Shown here: piece by piece, positions 10,036-18,463 of the stretch | How positions within the stretch are numbered: position 1 is the stretch's first letter | Layout: the number at the start of each line of letters is the position of its first letter | Origin: Meyerozyma guilliermondii | Taxonomy: Eukaryota | Direction: 5' to 3' | DNA: 64,000 nucleotides | NCBI GenBank assembly: GCA_051546255.1 | Contig: CP128817.1 | Location: 186,001-250,000, forward strand | Made by a program: the position numbers and the translations under genes | Notes under the pieces: generated by a model | Seen by the model: the letters and a program-made list of their open reading frames with translations, nothing else | What the model was told of the DNA's origin: nothing | Databases searched by the model: none

Positions 10036-11634
10036 TCAATGCTCCTCCTTCAACACCAACATTCCATTTGACAACTTCAAGTTCTGCTTGACAATATTAA
10101 TGATCCTGAGCTTGTTGTCAGGATGAGCATAAACACGATTTTTAAGGACAAGCAATAGTTGCTTCGTGGTGAGTGGTTCTTTGCGAACTATATTAAGCAC
10201 TTCTTCCACAGTAACAAGGTCGTTATTAGGGCCCGCAGAATGCAAATCCACACCACTGGGTGGAGTCGGAGATACTGATTTGTTCTCCTCTAACTTCACC
10301 TTCTTCGAAGGCAGAGGAGCGGCCATTTCTGCCTGCCTCTTGAAGCCTTGTGGGTTCCAGTCTCCTTTGGGGAATCCACTCAAGAAACCCACAGGTGCTT
10401 TGATCGAAACGAATGAATTGCCAAGGTCAGTAGCGTAGAAGGCACGGCGTCCAGACAACAGTTGACTGCCGTCGTCTTCTGTCTTCACCGCCGTTTCATC
10501 ATTTTCATCGTCGTCGTCGTTTTCTATGTCGGACCTGGAAAGATAAGGATTAAGACCATCCTCGTCATCGTCATCACTATCGTACACTCCTCCCTCTGTT
10601 TTGTTGAGCACCTTCCGCAACTTTTTACCTTCTTTGTCGACCTTTCGAGATTTTTCGGTTTCGAACAAGTCGTCCAAGTCATCGTCTGCATCAGCGTCCG
10701 ACTGGCCGTCGAAGTGAGCTGCTTTCAACTGTTCTTTTTTAACCTTTTGTTCGGAGAGCTTGTTCTCCTCTTCGTCACCATCCATGATGGGTGCTTCCTC
10801 ATCATCGGCAAACTCTTCATCGAAATCTAAGTCATCATGGTCTGAATCTCTATCATTCGAGGTGGATCCACCCATAACGGTCCGCATTCGGCTGCGGCTA
10901 TTACTCATCGATTGGGATGAGCTTATATTGCCAAATCGTTGGTCAGGAGAAGCCTCTGCCGGATTATCTTCCATGCGCTTCATCAACCATCTCGGCACCG
11001 CCGATTTCTTTTCCATCTTCGCCTCTGCCTCCTCGAGGGTCAATGTAGTATATTTATTTCTTGGGGTGAACCGATACACCTTTTCTGCGGGTATCATTTT
11101 GAACCCATCTCGATCAAAGACAAAGAGAACCTGTTGGGTGTCCGATGACCCTGCTTCGTAGTTACCCACGTAGATGTTCTTGCCATCGTAGTCCTCTATA
11201 ACCCACGGATAAAACTCCTCGAACCGTAATTTTCGCTTGGATTCATCCATCAAACTGATCTGTCTGGTTTTACGTTTAAACATATTTTTCTTGTTTTTTC
11301 GTCCGCCACCATCGGGTGCCACTTGTGATAAATCCATCTCCTCTTCGCCTTCACCATTTACGGGGACTTCCTGTGCTGCTCCTTGCTGGCGTTTCTCTTC
11401 TATTTCTTTTCTTGTTAGCTGAAACTGGATATTCTGAGGATCTTTTCTGTGTAGCCGAACTGGTTTTGTGAAGTCCTTGACGATATTGACATCCTGCTTC
11501 GACTGGAACTTCATAATATGGAACCTGGCATCTTTCACGTCTTCAATGGTGCAACACCTGAGGGGAATTTCTTGCCATCCATCGTTGGATTCTGACTTTA
11601 CTGGACCTTCTTTCTTTACAGGAGATGCACTCAT
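10036..11634 (-). CDS. TFG1: TFIIF large subunit (RAP74)
   Basis: PVRLHRKD, EEFYPWVIEDYDG, KVYRFTPRNKY.TLTLEEAE and acidic DLDFDEEFADDEE. Confidence 0.92.
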   Translation of the reverse strand: MSASPVKKEGPVKSESNDGWQEIPLRCCTIEDVKDARFHIMKFQSKQDVNIVKDFTKPVRLHRKDPQNIQFQLTRKEIEEKRQQGAAQEVPVNGEGEEEMDLSQVAPDGGGRKNKKNMFKRKTRQISLMDESKRKLRFEEFYPWVIEDYDGKNIYVGNYEAGSSDTQQVLFVFDRDGFKMIPAEKVYRFTPRNKYTTLTLEEAEAKMEKKSAVPRWLMKRMEDNPAEASPDQRFGNISSSQSMSNSRSRMRTVMGGSTSNDRDSDHDDLDFDEEFADDEEAPIMDGDEEENKLSEQKVKKEQLKAAHFDGQSDADADDDLDDLFETEKSRKVDKEGKKLRKVLNKTEGGVYDSDDDDEDGLNPYLSRSDIENDDDDENDETAVKTEDDGSQLLSGRRAFYATDLGNSFVSIKAPVGFLSGFPKGDWNPQGFKRQAEMAAPLPSKKVKLEENKSVSPTPPSGVDLHSAGPNNDLVTVEEVLNIVRKEPLTTKQLLLVLKNRVYAHPDNKLRIINIVKQNLKLSNGMLVLKEEH

Positions 11635-12074
11635 AACTCAGTACGAAGTGTGTGGAAGTGACTACAAGTGGGGGGAAGGGACTAGAAGTGACTTGAAAGT
11701 ATGTTGTATGAGAAATGGAGTACCGAATCGGTGCCGCGCACGACCGATAGAGGAGACTGGCTGCAAGTAGCTGAACATTAGGGGAGGTTGTAAGCCGCTG
11801 ATACTGAGTAGATCACTAACAGTTGTTAAGCTTTGTTGGTCCCGAAATTACAATTGGTCATAAAAAGTGATTTTTTTTAAATTTTACCGAATTTTTCAAT
11901 TTCACCAACCCCAAGAATCATTAGTGACAATTGAGTTTCTTTATGTTTCTTAAAAACAATAATGTAACCTTACATTCAAACCGAAGAAACACCTATCTCA
12001 ATCTCTATCTACTCTAAACTCACTAAAGCATTATCTTTTGGTCAATCTCTCGCTACCCCACGCTTCGGACCTGT

Positions 12075-12088
12075 CGCCGGTACCGGCG
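12075..12088. promoter_or_regulatory. Perfect 14-bp palindrome CGCCGGTACCGGCG, matching the Leu3-type CCG-N4-CGG site
   Basis: Sequence seen directly, 51 bp upstream of the mitochondrial carrier ATG. The Leu3 assignment comes from the known S. cerevisiae UAS-LEU consensus. Confidence 0.6.
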
Positions 12089-12139
12089 CGACTGAAAAAT
12101 CTGACTAACAGTCTCTGATCGCTTCTTCTATTTCACTCA

Positions 12140-13048
12140 ATGTCCATCGAAGTTGAGGATCTCGACGTAGACCAGCTTGCTGTGAGCGAGCCTCCTCCAC
12201 GGTATGTGGGATTTGTAGCTGGGGTGTTCTCAGGTATCACAAAAAACGCCGTGGGCCATCCGTTCGACACCATCAAAGTGCGTTTACAAACTGCACCACC
12301 AGGAAGATTCAATGGTACTATGGCATGTGTATGGCAAACGTTGAGAAACGAAGGAGTTGCAGGATTCTACAAGGGATTTACACCACCATTGGTTGGGTGG
12401 GTACTTATGGATTCGGTGATGTTGGGATCTCTTCACGTTTATCGTAGATACGTGAAAGACAATTTTTATCCCGAGGAGAAACGACTTCCTCTCATGGGCC
12501 ATATTATCGCCGGCTTGGGATCCGGCTGGACAGTGTCGTTTGTCGCTGCACCCATTGAACAATTCAAGGCTCGATTGCAGGTTCAATACGATGCGAAATC
12601 TAAGATATATTCTGGTCCTATCGACGTGGCTACCAAGTTGTATAAAACCTCTGGTATTCGCGGGATATACAGCGGATTGCTCTCCACCATGATTTTCAGA
12701 ACAAACTTTGTGTTCTGGTGGGGCTCATACGAAATCTTCACAAGGTGGTTTGAAGATAACACAAAGATGTCCACTCCATCCATCAACTTTTGGTCAGGAG
12801 GACTTGCTGCAACGGTCTTCTGGGTATTTGCATACCCCTCCGATGTCATCAAGCAAACAATCATGACAGATAGTCCCATAAGATCGCAAAAGAAGTTTCC
12901 TCGCTGGATCGATGCTGCAAAGTACATATACAACCAACAAGGCTGGAGAGGGTTCACTCGAGGATTTGGGCCCTCAATTCTCCGTTCGTTCCCTGCCAAC
13001 GCCGCCGCATTGGCTGCGTTTGAAGCTGCCATGAGATTTATGCATTAA
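12140..13048 (+). CDS. Mitochondrial carrier family (SLC25) protein, amino-acid/carnitine carrier (Ymc/Crc-related) subgroup
   Basis: Three carrier signatures (PFDTIKVRLQ, PIEQFKARLQ, PSDVIKQTIM) and RSFPANAA. Confidence 0.9.
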   Translation: MSIEVEDLDVDQLAVSEPPPRYVGFVAGVFSGITKNAVGHPFDTIKVRLQTAPPGRFNGTMACVWQTLRNEGVAGFYKGFTPPLVGWVLMDSVMLGSLHVYRRYVKDNFYPEEKRLPLMGHIIAGLGSGWTVSFVAAPIEQFKARLQVQYDAKSKIYSGPIDVATKLYKTSGIRGIYSGLLSTMIFRTNFVFWWGSYEIFTRWFEDNTKMSTPSINFWSGGLAATVFWVFAYPSDVIKQTIMTDSPIRSQKKFPRWIDAAKYIYNQQGWRGFTRGFGPSILRSFPANAAALAAFEAAMRFMH

Positions 13049-13073
13049 TAGATATTTTCCATTTCGTTTTTCC

Positions 13074-13571
13074 TTACTCTTCTTTCGCTCTTTCCCATGG
13101 CTTTGTACGCTGCTGCTGCACCGGTTTGCTGCTTTTTTCAGGTAGTATCGTATCAGGAATCTCTTTTATCCCTGGAACTGGTTTTCCTGCAACGATGAGT
13201 TCTACAAGTTCTTGATAATTGGAAGAATAAGGGGCTTCCAGTGCTTCTTCTTCTGATGCGATTTCTTGAATTTTAGGCTCAATTTTGTCAACATTTTTAC
13301 CTTTGTCGTCCACATTGCTGTGCAATTTCCATTGCTCGTAGTCGTCCAAGTTGAATATATGGCCTGTCTTGCTACAAAAGAAGAAACTCTTGGCTTGATC
13401 GATTAACTGTTGGCGGTCCAATGCTGGAATCGAGGTGATAGATGGGTCTTGTTCCTGCATGGATTGTAAATGATTGTCCATTATTTGGGCTATACCTTCT
13501 TGGAACTCAGTAAAGGAATCCCAGTCATAGTTTGCGTACTCTTTATAGACCTCTTCTTGTGGGTTTGACAT
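13074..13571 (-). CDS. PEX39: KPWE-motif protein, YJR012C/Pex39-like peroxisomal PTS2 import factor
   Basis: C-terminal ELIVAGKPVPGIKEIPD...RTKPWE. Head-to-head with GPI14, like YJR012C/YJR013W. Confidence 0.72.
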   Translation of the reverse strand: MSNPQEEVYKEYANYDWDSFTEFQEGIAQIMDNHLQSMQEQDPSITSIPALDRQQLIDQAKSFFFCSKTGHIFNLDDYEQWKLHSNVDDKGKNVDKIEPKIQEIASEEEALEAPYSSNYQELVELIVAGKPVPGIKEIPDTILPEKSSKPVQQQRTKPWERAKEE

Positions 13572-13642
13572 TGTGATGCTTGAAATTGAAAACTAATTCG
13601 CACCCGCATTTTGACCAATACCTGCAGAACCAGAGACTATTT

Positions 13643-14896
13643 ATGGTATTAATGATTTCTGTACCGTTCCTCTTGGAAATTGCCTTAGCACTTCGAATAG
13701 GATTCTTCTTGTTTGGATTGTACCAAGATGAGTACATGGTGGTGAAATATACTGACATTGACTATATGGTTTTCACCGATGCGGCACGATACGTAGCTGT
13801 TGGAGCTTCACCATATATGAGGGAAACTTACAGATATACTCCTCTATTGGCATGGATGATGTACCCCACATCATGGGGAGGCTGGTGGTTCAGTTTCGGC
13901 AAGTTTGTGTTCATGGTGAGTGATCTTGTGACGGGTGTAATTGTGCTTCGAATGCTACAAAAAATCAGAGTTAAAGGTGAGCCATTGAGTCACAATAAGT
14001 TGATCATATTGTCATCTATTTGGCTCTTGAACCCAATGGTGATCACCATAAGTACTCGTGGGTCATCAGAAAGTGTTTTAACGGTGATGATCATGATGGG
14101 ATTGAGCATGGCTATGAATAACCAAGTCATTGGTGCTGGTATCTGGATGGGTTTGGCTATTCATTTCAAGATATATCCCATCATATATATCCCCAGCATT
14201 ATGTTATACCTTGCCAAGTATAACAGGGGATTTTTTCCCACAATACCAATTGTCAAGTGGATCAATGCTAAGAATTGTACTTTTGCGATAATAAGTATTG
14301 CAACCGTGGCACTTCTCAACATTGTAATGTACCAGATCTATGGAATGGAGTTCCTCGAACACACCTACCTATACCATTTGACCCGGGTAGACCACAGGCA
14401 CAATTTTTCAGTGTACAATGTTGCGTTGTACTACAAGTCCGCCATGGCTGCATTGCACACAATTGACCTGGATCCACTCCTCTATTCAATCACAAAAAAC
14501 TTGGAAAAATGGGCGTTTGTTCCGCAACTAGGATTGTCCATTTTTTTGATTCCTTTGATCTTTGCTCAGCAAAACTTGGTTTCATGTGCCTTCATTCAAA
14601 CATTTGCATTCGTCACATTCAACAAGGTCATGACCTCCCAATACTTTATCTGGTTCCTCATCTTCTTGCCTCATATGCTAGCCACCTCCAAACTATTGAC
14701 TTCAAGAAAGTATACTGGAATTTTCATGTTGGCCCTCTGGATCATTACGCAAGCATTGTGGCTCTTAAATGCATATAAGCTCGAGTTTCTCGGAGAAAGT
14801 ACGTTTGACTTTGGCTTAACTCCTTCGGCTTGCCTCTTCTTCCTTTGCAACTGCTATATGCTAGGCGTTTTCATCGAAGAATCCATCCCCATATAA
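13643..14896 (+). CDS. GPI14: GPI mannosyltransferase I (PIG-M)
   Basis: VKYTDIDY, SPYMRETYRYTPLLAW, STRGSSE, HFKIYP, DHRHNFS and FNKVMTSQYF. Start is ATG 13643 or 13652. Confidence 0.95.
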   Translation: MVLMISVPFLLEIALALRIGFFLFGLYQDEYMVVKYTDIDYMVFTDAARYVAVGASPYMRETYRYTPLLAWMMYPTSWGGWWFSFGKFVFMVSDLVTGVIVLRMLQKIRVKGEPLSHNKLIILSSIWLLNPMVITISTRGSSESVLTVMIMMGLSMAMNNQVIGAGIWMGLAIHFKIYPIIYIPSIMLYLAKYNRGFFPTIPIVKWINAKNCTFAIISIATVALLNIVMYQIYGMEFLEHTYLYHLTRVDHRHNFSVYNVALYYKSAMAALHTIDLDPLLYSITKNLEKWAFVPQLGLSIFLIPLIFAQQNLVSCAFIQTFAFVTFNKVMTSQYFIWFLIFLPHMLATSKLLTSRKYTGIFMLALWIITQALWLLNAYKLEFLGESTFDFGLTPSACLFFLCNCYMLGVFIEESIPI

Positions 14897-14968
14897 GTGT
14901 ACTGCATATGACCTGGCATCGGTCTTTGAGTTTTCAATTCGCATTCAAGTTGATAAACTTCTCTGCGA

Positions 14969-15697
14969 ATGTCCAGATTAGAGCTCTACTCCCCCGAAGG
15001 TCTTCGTGTGGACGGGCGTCGATGGAATGAGCTCCGTCGGTTTGAGTGCAAAATCAACACTCATCCAAACTCTCTGACGGGTTCGTCGTATGTAGAACAG
15101 GGCAACACCAAAGTCATTTGCATGGTAGAAGGACCTCTGGAACCTGAAACCAGGTCACAAGTCGATGTGAGTCGAGCTACAATCGAGGTCAATATAGCTG
15201 TTGCCAGCTTTTCAACAATAGAGCGAAAAAAACGGTTGAAAAATGAAAAACGAATCATAGAACTCAAGGCCACAATGGAGCGCACGTTCGAACAAAGTGT
15301 AATATGCAAGCTCTATCCACGGACGGTGATAAAGGTGAATCTACATGTGTTGGCGCAAGACGGAGGGATGTTGGCAACGATGATCAATGCCACTACGTTG
15401 GCCCTCATCGATGCAGGTATTGCCATGTACGACTATGTCGCAGCGGTGGCAGCCGGCTTGCATAACGAAACTCCTCTATTGGATCTCAATACGCTAGAAG
15501 AAAATGACATGAGCCATTTGACTTTGGGAGTCATTGGCAAAAGTGAAAAATTGGCGGTTCTAATGTTGGAAGATAAAATGCCCATGGATCGCTTGGAACC
15601 AGTACTTGCAATTGGAATAGCCGGCTCCCACCGTATACGTGAGTTAATGGACCAGGAAACGAGGCGCCACGGCGAAAGGAGAGTGAAGAGAAAGTAG
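14969..15697 (+). CDS. SKI6: Exosome RNase PH-like subunit Rrp41
   Basis: MSRLELYSPEGLRVDGRRWNELRRF, GSSYVEQGNTKV and LDLNTLEE. Confidence 0.96.
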   Translation: MSRLELYSPEGLRVDGRRWNELRRFECKINTHPNSLTGSSYVEQGNTKVICMVEGPLEPETRSQVDVSRATIEVNIAVASFSTIERKKRLKNEKRIIELKATMERTFEQSVICKLYPRTVIKVNLHVLAQDGGMLATMINATTLALIDAGIAMYDYVAAVAAGLHNETPLLDLNTLEENDMSHLTLGVIGKSEKLAVLMLEDKMPMDRLEPVLAIGIAGSHRIRELMDQETRRHGERRVKRK

Positions 15698-15893
15698 AAT
15701 ATGTAGCATAGAGTCATCACGTGACATAATAAAAGCATACCGAAGATAAAGAAGATGATACAACCGTACGATAAGAGAATGGAAGTGGGTCTTTGACAAA
15801 ATGGTACGCAGCACCTACTTCGCCACAACCCTCATCATACAAGTTTTGTACGTGACTTCAAAAAAAAACCAAAAAAGAAAGGAAGAAAGGAAT

Positions 15894-15965
15894 TGACACG
15901 GACAGGAATTGAACCTGCAACCCTTCGATCTGGAGTCGAAAGCTCTACCATTGAGCCACCGCATC
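15894..15965 (-). tRNA. tRNA-Trp (CCA), intronless, 72 nt
   Basis: Minus strand GATGCGGTGGCTCAATGGTAGAGCTTTCGACTCCAGATCGAAGGGTTGCAGGTTCAATTCCTGTCCGTGTCA folds as a cloverleaf with A/B boxes. T-runs downstream. Confidence 0.95.
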
Positions 15966-16248
15966 ACCCTTGCATAACTTTGGCTAAAGTAGTCATAAGA
16001 CGATCACACCGGCTAAGCACAGTGTGCGTTCACCGACAAAACCCGGTGCGTGTCAAAATCTCCACATTCCATTATAGTTTCTTCAGTGGAACACTTTCGG
16101 TGCGCAAACTGTTTGCATTTTATTTCTTCTTGCAAGTAACACCTACTAGTTAACAAAAGTTACAGGAGACTGTAAACTATTTTACTTTAATACTGGCGTC
16201 TTCGAGAGATTTTTTTAGTTTGTTTTGTTGATCACCGCACTTTGATCC

Positions 16249-17178
16249 ATGTCTTACCGAGGCCACAACCAATTTAACAACCAATTTGGACCTGGAGGTC
16301 CTTCCCCTGCTGGTATTCCACCTCATATTGGGCCGGTGGTACCTGCAAAGTCATCAATGGAACAATTTGAACAATTTTCGAAAAATGTTGAGGACTTGAT
16401 CGATCAATATAGTCGTCCGTTGAAGCCATATGTTCCCTCGATTGGTCGTGCTTTTATTGTTGCGACCTTTTATGAAGATTCGCTTCGTATTTTCACCCAG
16501 TGGAGCGAACAAGTATATTATTTGCACAACTATAGACATATCTGGTGGTGGCTCACAGTATTGTTTTTGTTGACCAACATTATCACCATGGTTGCTGCTC
16601 TGACGATGTTGGTGTTGCGCAAAAAGCCTGAGGTCTCGACTATTGCTCTTGTATGTGTGGTTGTGTTTCAAGGGTTGTTTTACGGGTTGATGTTCGATGG
16701 ACAATTCATCTTGCGAAACTTGTCGGTGGTTGGAGGATTGATTCTTGCATTCTCCGACAGTTTGGTTCGTGACAAGAGATTGATGTCTGTCGCTGGGTTG
16801 CCAATGGTTAAGAACCAGGACAACAAAAAATACTTTTTGCTTGCAGGCAGATTATTATTGGTTTTATTGTTCTTGGGATTCGTATTCTCTGCTAAACTTT
16901 CCCTTTTCAGAGTCATCGTTATTCTCGTGGGATTTGCCGCTTGTGCCTCCATCATCGTCGGCTACAACACCAAGTTCGCTGCGTTCGTGTTGACAGTATT
17001 GTTGTTCTTTTACAATGTGTTCGTTAATCAATTCTGGAAGTACTCATCCGGCGATTCCAACCGGGACTTCTTGAAATACGAATTTTTCCAGACCTTGTCC
17101 ATTGTTGGAGGCTTGCTCATCATTGTCAATGCCGGCGCCGGCGAGTTTTCCTTGGATGAAAAGAAAAAGATCTATTAG
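16249..17178 (+). CDS. ERV29: SURF4-family ER cargo receptor
   Basis: IVATFYEDSLRI, RNLSVVGG, KYEFFQTLSIVGGLL and C-terminal di-lysine DEKKKIY. Confidence 0.95.
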   Translation: MSYRGHNQFNNQFGPGGPSPAGIPPHIGPVVPAKSSMEQFEQFSKNVEDLIDQYSRPLKPYVPSIGRAFIVATFYEDSLRIFTQWSEQVYYLHNYRHIWWWLTVLFLLTNIITMVAALTMLVLRKKPEVSTIALVCVVVFQGLFYGLMFDGQFILRNLSVVGGLILAFSDSLVRDKRLMSVAGLPMVKNQDNKKYFLLAGRLLLVLLFLGFVFSAKLSLFRVIVILVGFAACASIIVGYNTKFAAFVLTVLLFFYNVFVNQFWKYSSGDSNRDFLKYEFFQTLSIVGGLLIIVNAGAGEFSLDEKKKIY

Positions 17179-17259
17179 TTTTCATAGTAGACTCATTTAT
17201 TAGTATTACCCATCGTAGACTTTAATCGCATTCTGCAGGAATTGTCAGCAACTTTTTTT

Positions 17260-18042
17260 ATGACCATGAGTAATGATGAACTGAAGTGTCCAGTAGACCA
17301 TACAACCAGGCTGTCCTGGCTCTCCGGAATGAAAGGGATGATGTGGAGCACCTCAAAGCCCAATCTGGTGAACTTGGAAGTACCGGAAAATGAACCAAAA
17401 CCAGTTTGTCCTGTAGATCATAATACTCGAAAAGACTGGATCGAAAAAATTTCTGTCAAGCAGGTACGTTCCGGAGTGCCAGAGGCCATAGAAGAAAGCT
17501 CTAGCGGGTGTGATTCCAAGAGTTTGGGTTCAGTACCATCATCGTGGTCGAAAGTTAACTTGCCAACGGAGAGAGAAGTCAGTTCCATACCCCGGACTTC
17601 CTCTAATGAGAACTGGATATATCCTTCTCAAAAGCAGTTTTTTGAGGCAATGAAGAGGAAAAATTGGGACCCCAAGGCTGAGGATATGCAGACTGTGGTT
17701 CCTATTCACAACTCTGTGAATGAATCTGCATGGAAACACATACTTTACTGGGAACGGGCCAACTACGAAGAGGCAATTAAAAAGTGTAATGGTATTACAC
17801 TCACGAGTTTCAAAGGCGATCTGAAGAAGATTACGCCCCGAGCATGGTTCAATAACAAAATCTTGGGCTATGATCTTCCATTTGATAGACACGATTGGAC
17901 CATTGATCGGTGCGGAGTTCCCGTCAACTACGTGATCGACTTTTACAGCAACAACGGCAGTGTTTTCTTGGACGTGCGGCCCAACCTCAACCACTGGGAG
18001 GGCATAAAGCTACGGTTGGGACGGGCCATGGGTCAAAAATAG
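17260..18042 (+). CDS. CYT2: Cytochrome c1 heme lyase
   Basis: Two CPV heme-regulatory motifs, NWIYPS, FKGD(S)KKITPRAW and PFDRHDW. Pattern is closer to Cyt2 than Cyc3. Confidence 0.88.
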   Translation: MTMSNDELKCPVDHTTRLSWLSGMKGMMWSTSKPNLVNLEVPENEPKPVCPVDHNTRKDWIEKISVKQVRSGVPEAIEESSSGCDSKSLGSVPSSWSKVNLPTEREVSSIPRTSSNENWIYPSQKQFFEAMKRKNWDPKAEDMQTVVPIHNSVNESAWKHILYWERANYEEAIKKCNGITLTSFKGDLKKITPRAWFNNKILGYDLPFDRHDWTIDRCGVPVNYVIDFYSNNGSVFLDVRPNLNHWEGIKLRLGRAMGQK

Positions 18043-18079
18043 TAAATATAATAGCATAATATGACCTAAATACAAGACT

Positions 18080-18355
18080 CTATTGACGACCCATAAACTG
18101 GCCAGACTGGCCCATCTTTTGCATGTGCTCCCCGACTTGCACATTAGTCTCAAAGTATTTCGATACGCATCGGTCTAAGCAGAGAGCTTCTTGCTTGGAA
18201 ACGTCAGAGTCGTTATACGATTTATTGATACATTTGCTGTGACATTGTTCTACAAGTTGGTTGAACATTCCTGTGACCATATCCAACTCGGCCTCGGCGG
18301 CCAGAAGCTTTTGTTGCGACGAGATTTGTGGGGCTGCTCCTCCAAGTCCAAACAT
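18080..18355 (-). CDS. TIM10: Small TIM chaperone Tim10
   Basis: [15 protein letters not shown] and twin CX3C (CHSKC, CLDRC). ATG at 18355. Confidence 0.95.
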   Translation of the reverse strand: MFGLGGAAPQISSQQKLLAAEAELDMVTGMFNQLVEQCHSKCINKSYNDSDVSKQEALCLDRCVSKYFETNVQVGEHMQKMGQSGQFMGRQ

Positions 18356-18463
18356 ATCTGTGATAATTTTTCGTTGGCCACTCTTGAGAATAATGAGCAA
18401 GTGTAGATCTATGCAGGCGATTTTTCCCATCGACGGCGACCATGCAGGACCCGAGGTTGCAAC

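Noticed and set aside
12102..12111. GACTAACAG as branch point and acceptor upstream of the mitochondrial carrier
   Set aside because: No convincing donor upstream, and an in-frame TGA precedes the ATG. Equally explained as a Gcn4-like site.
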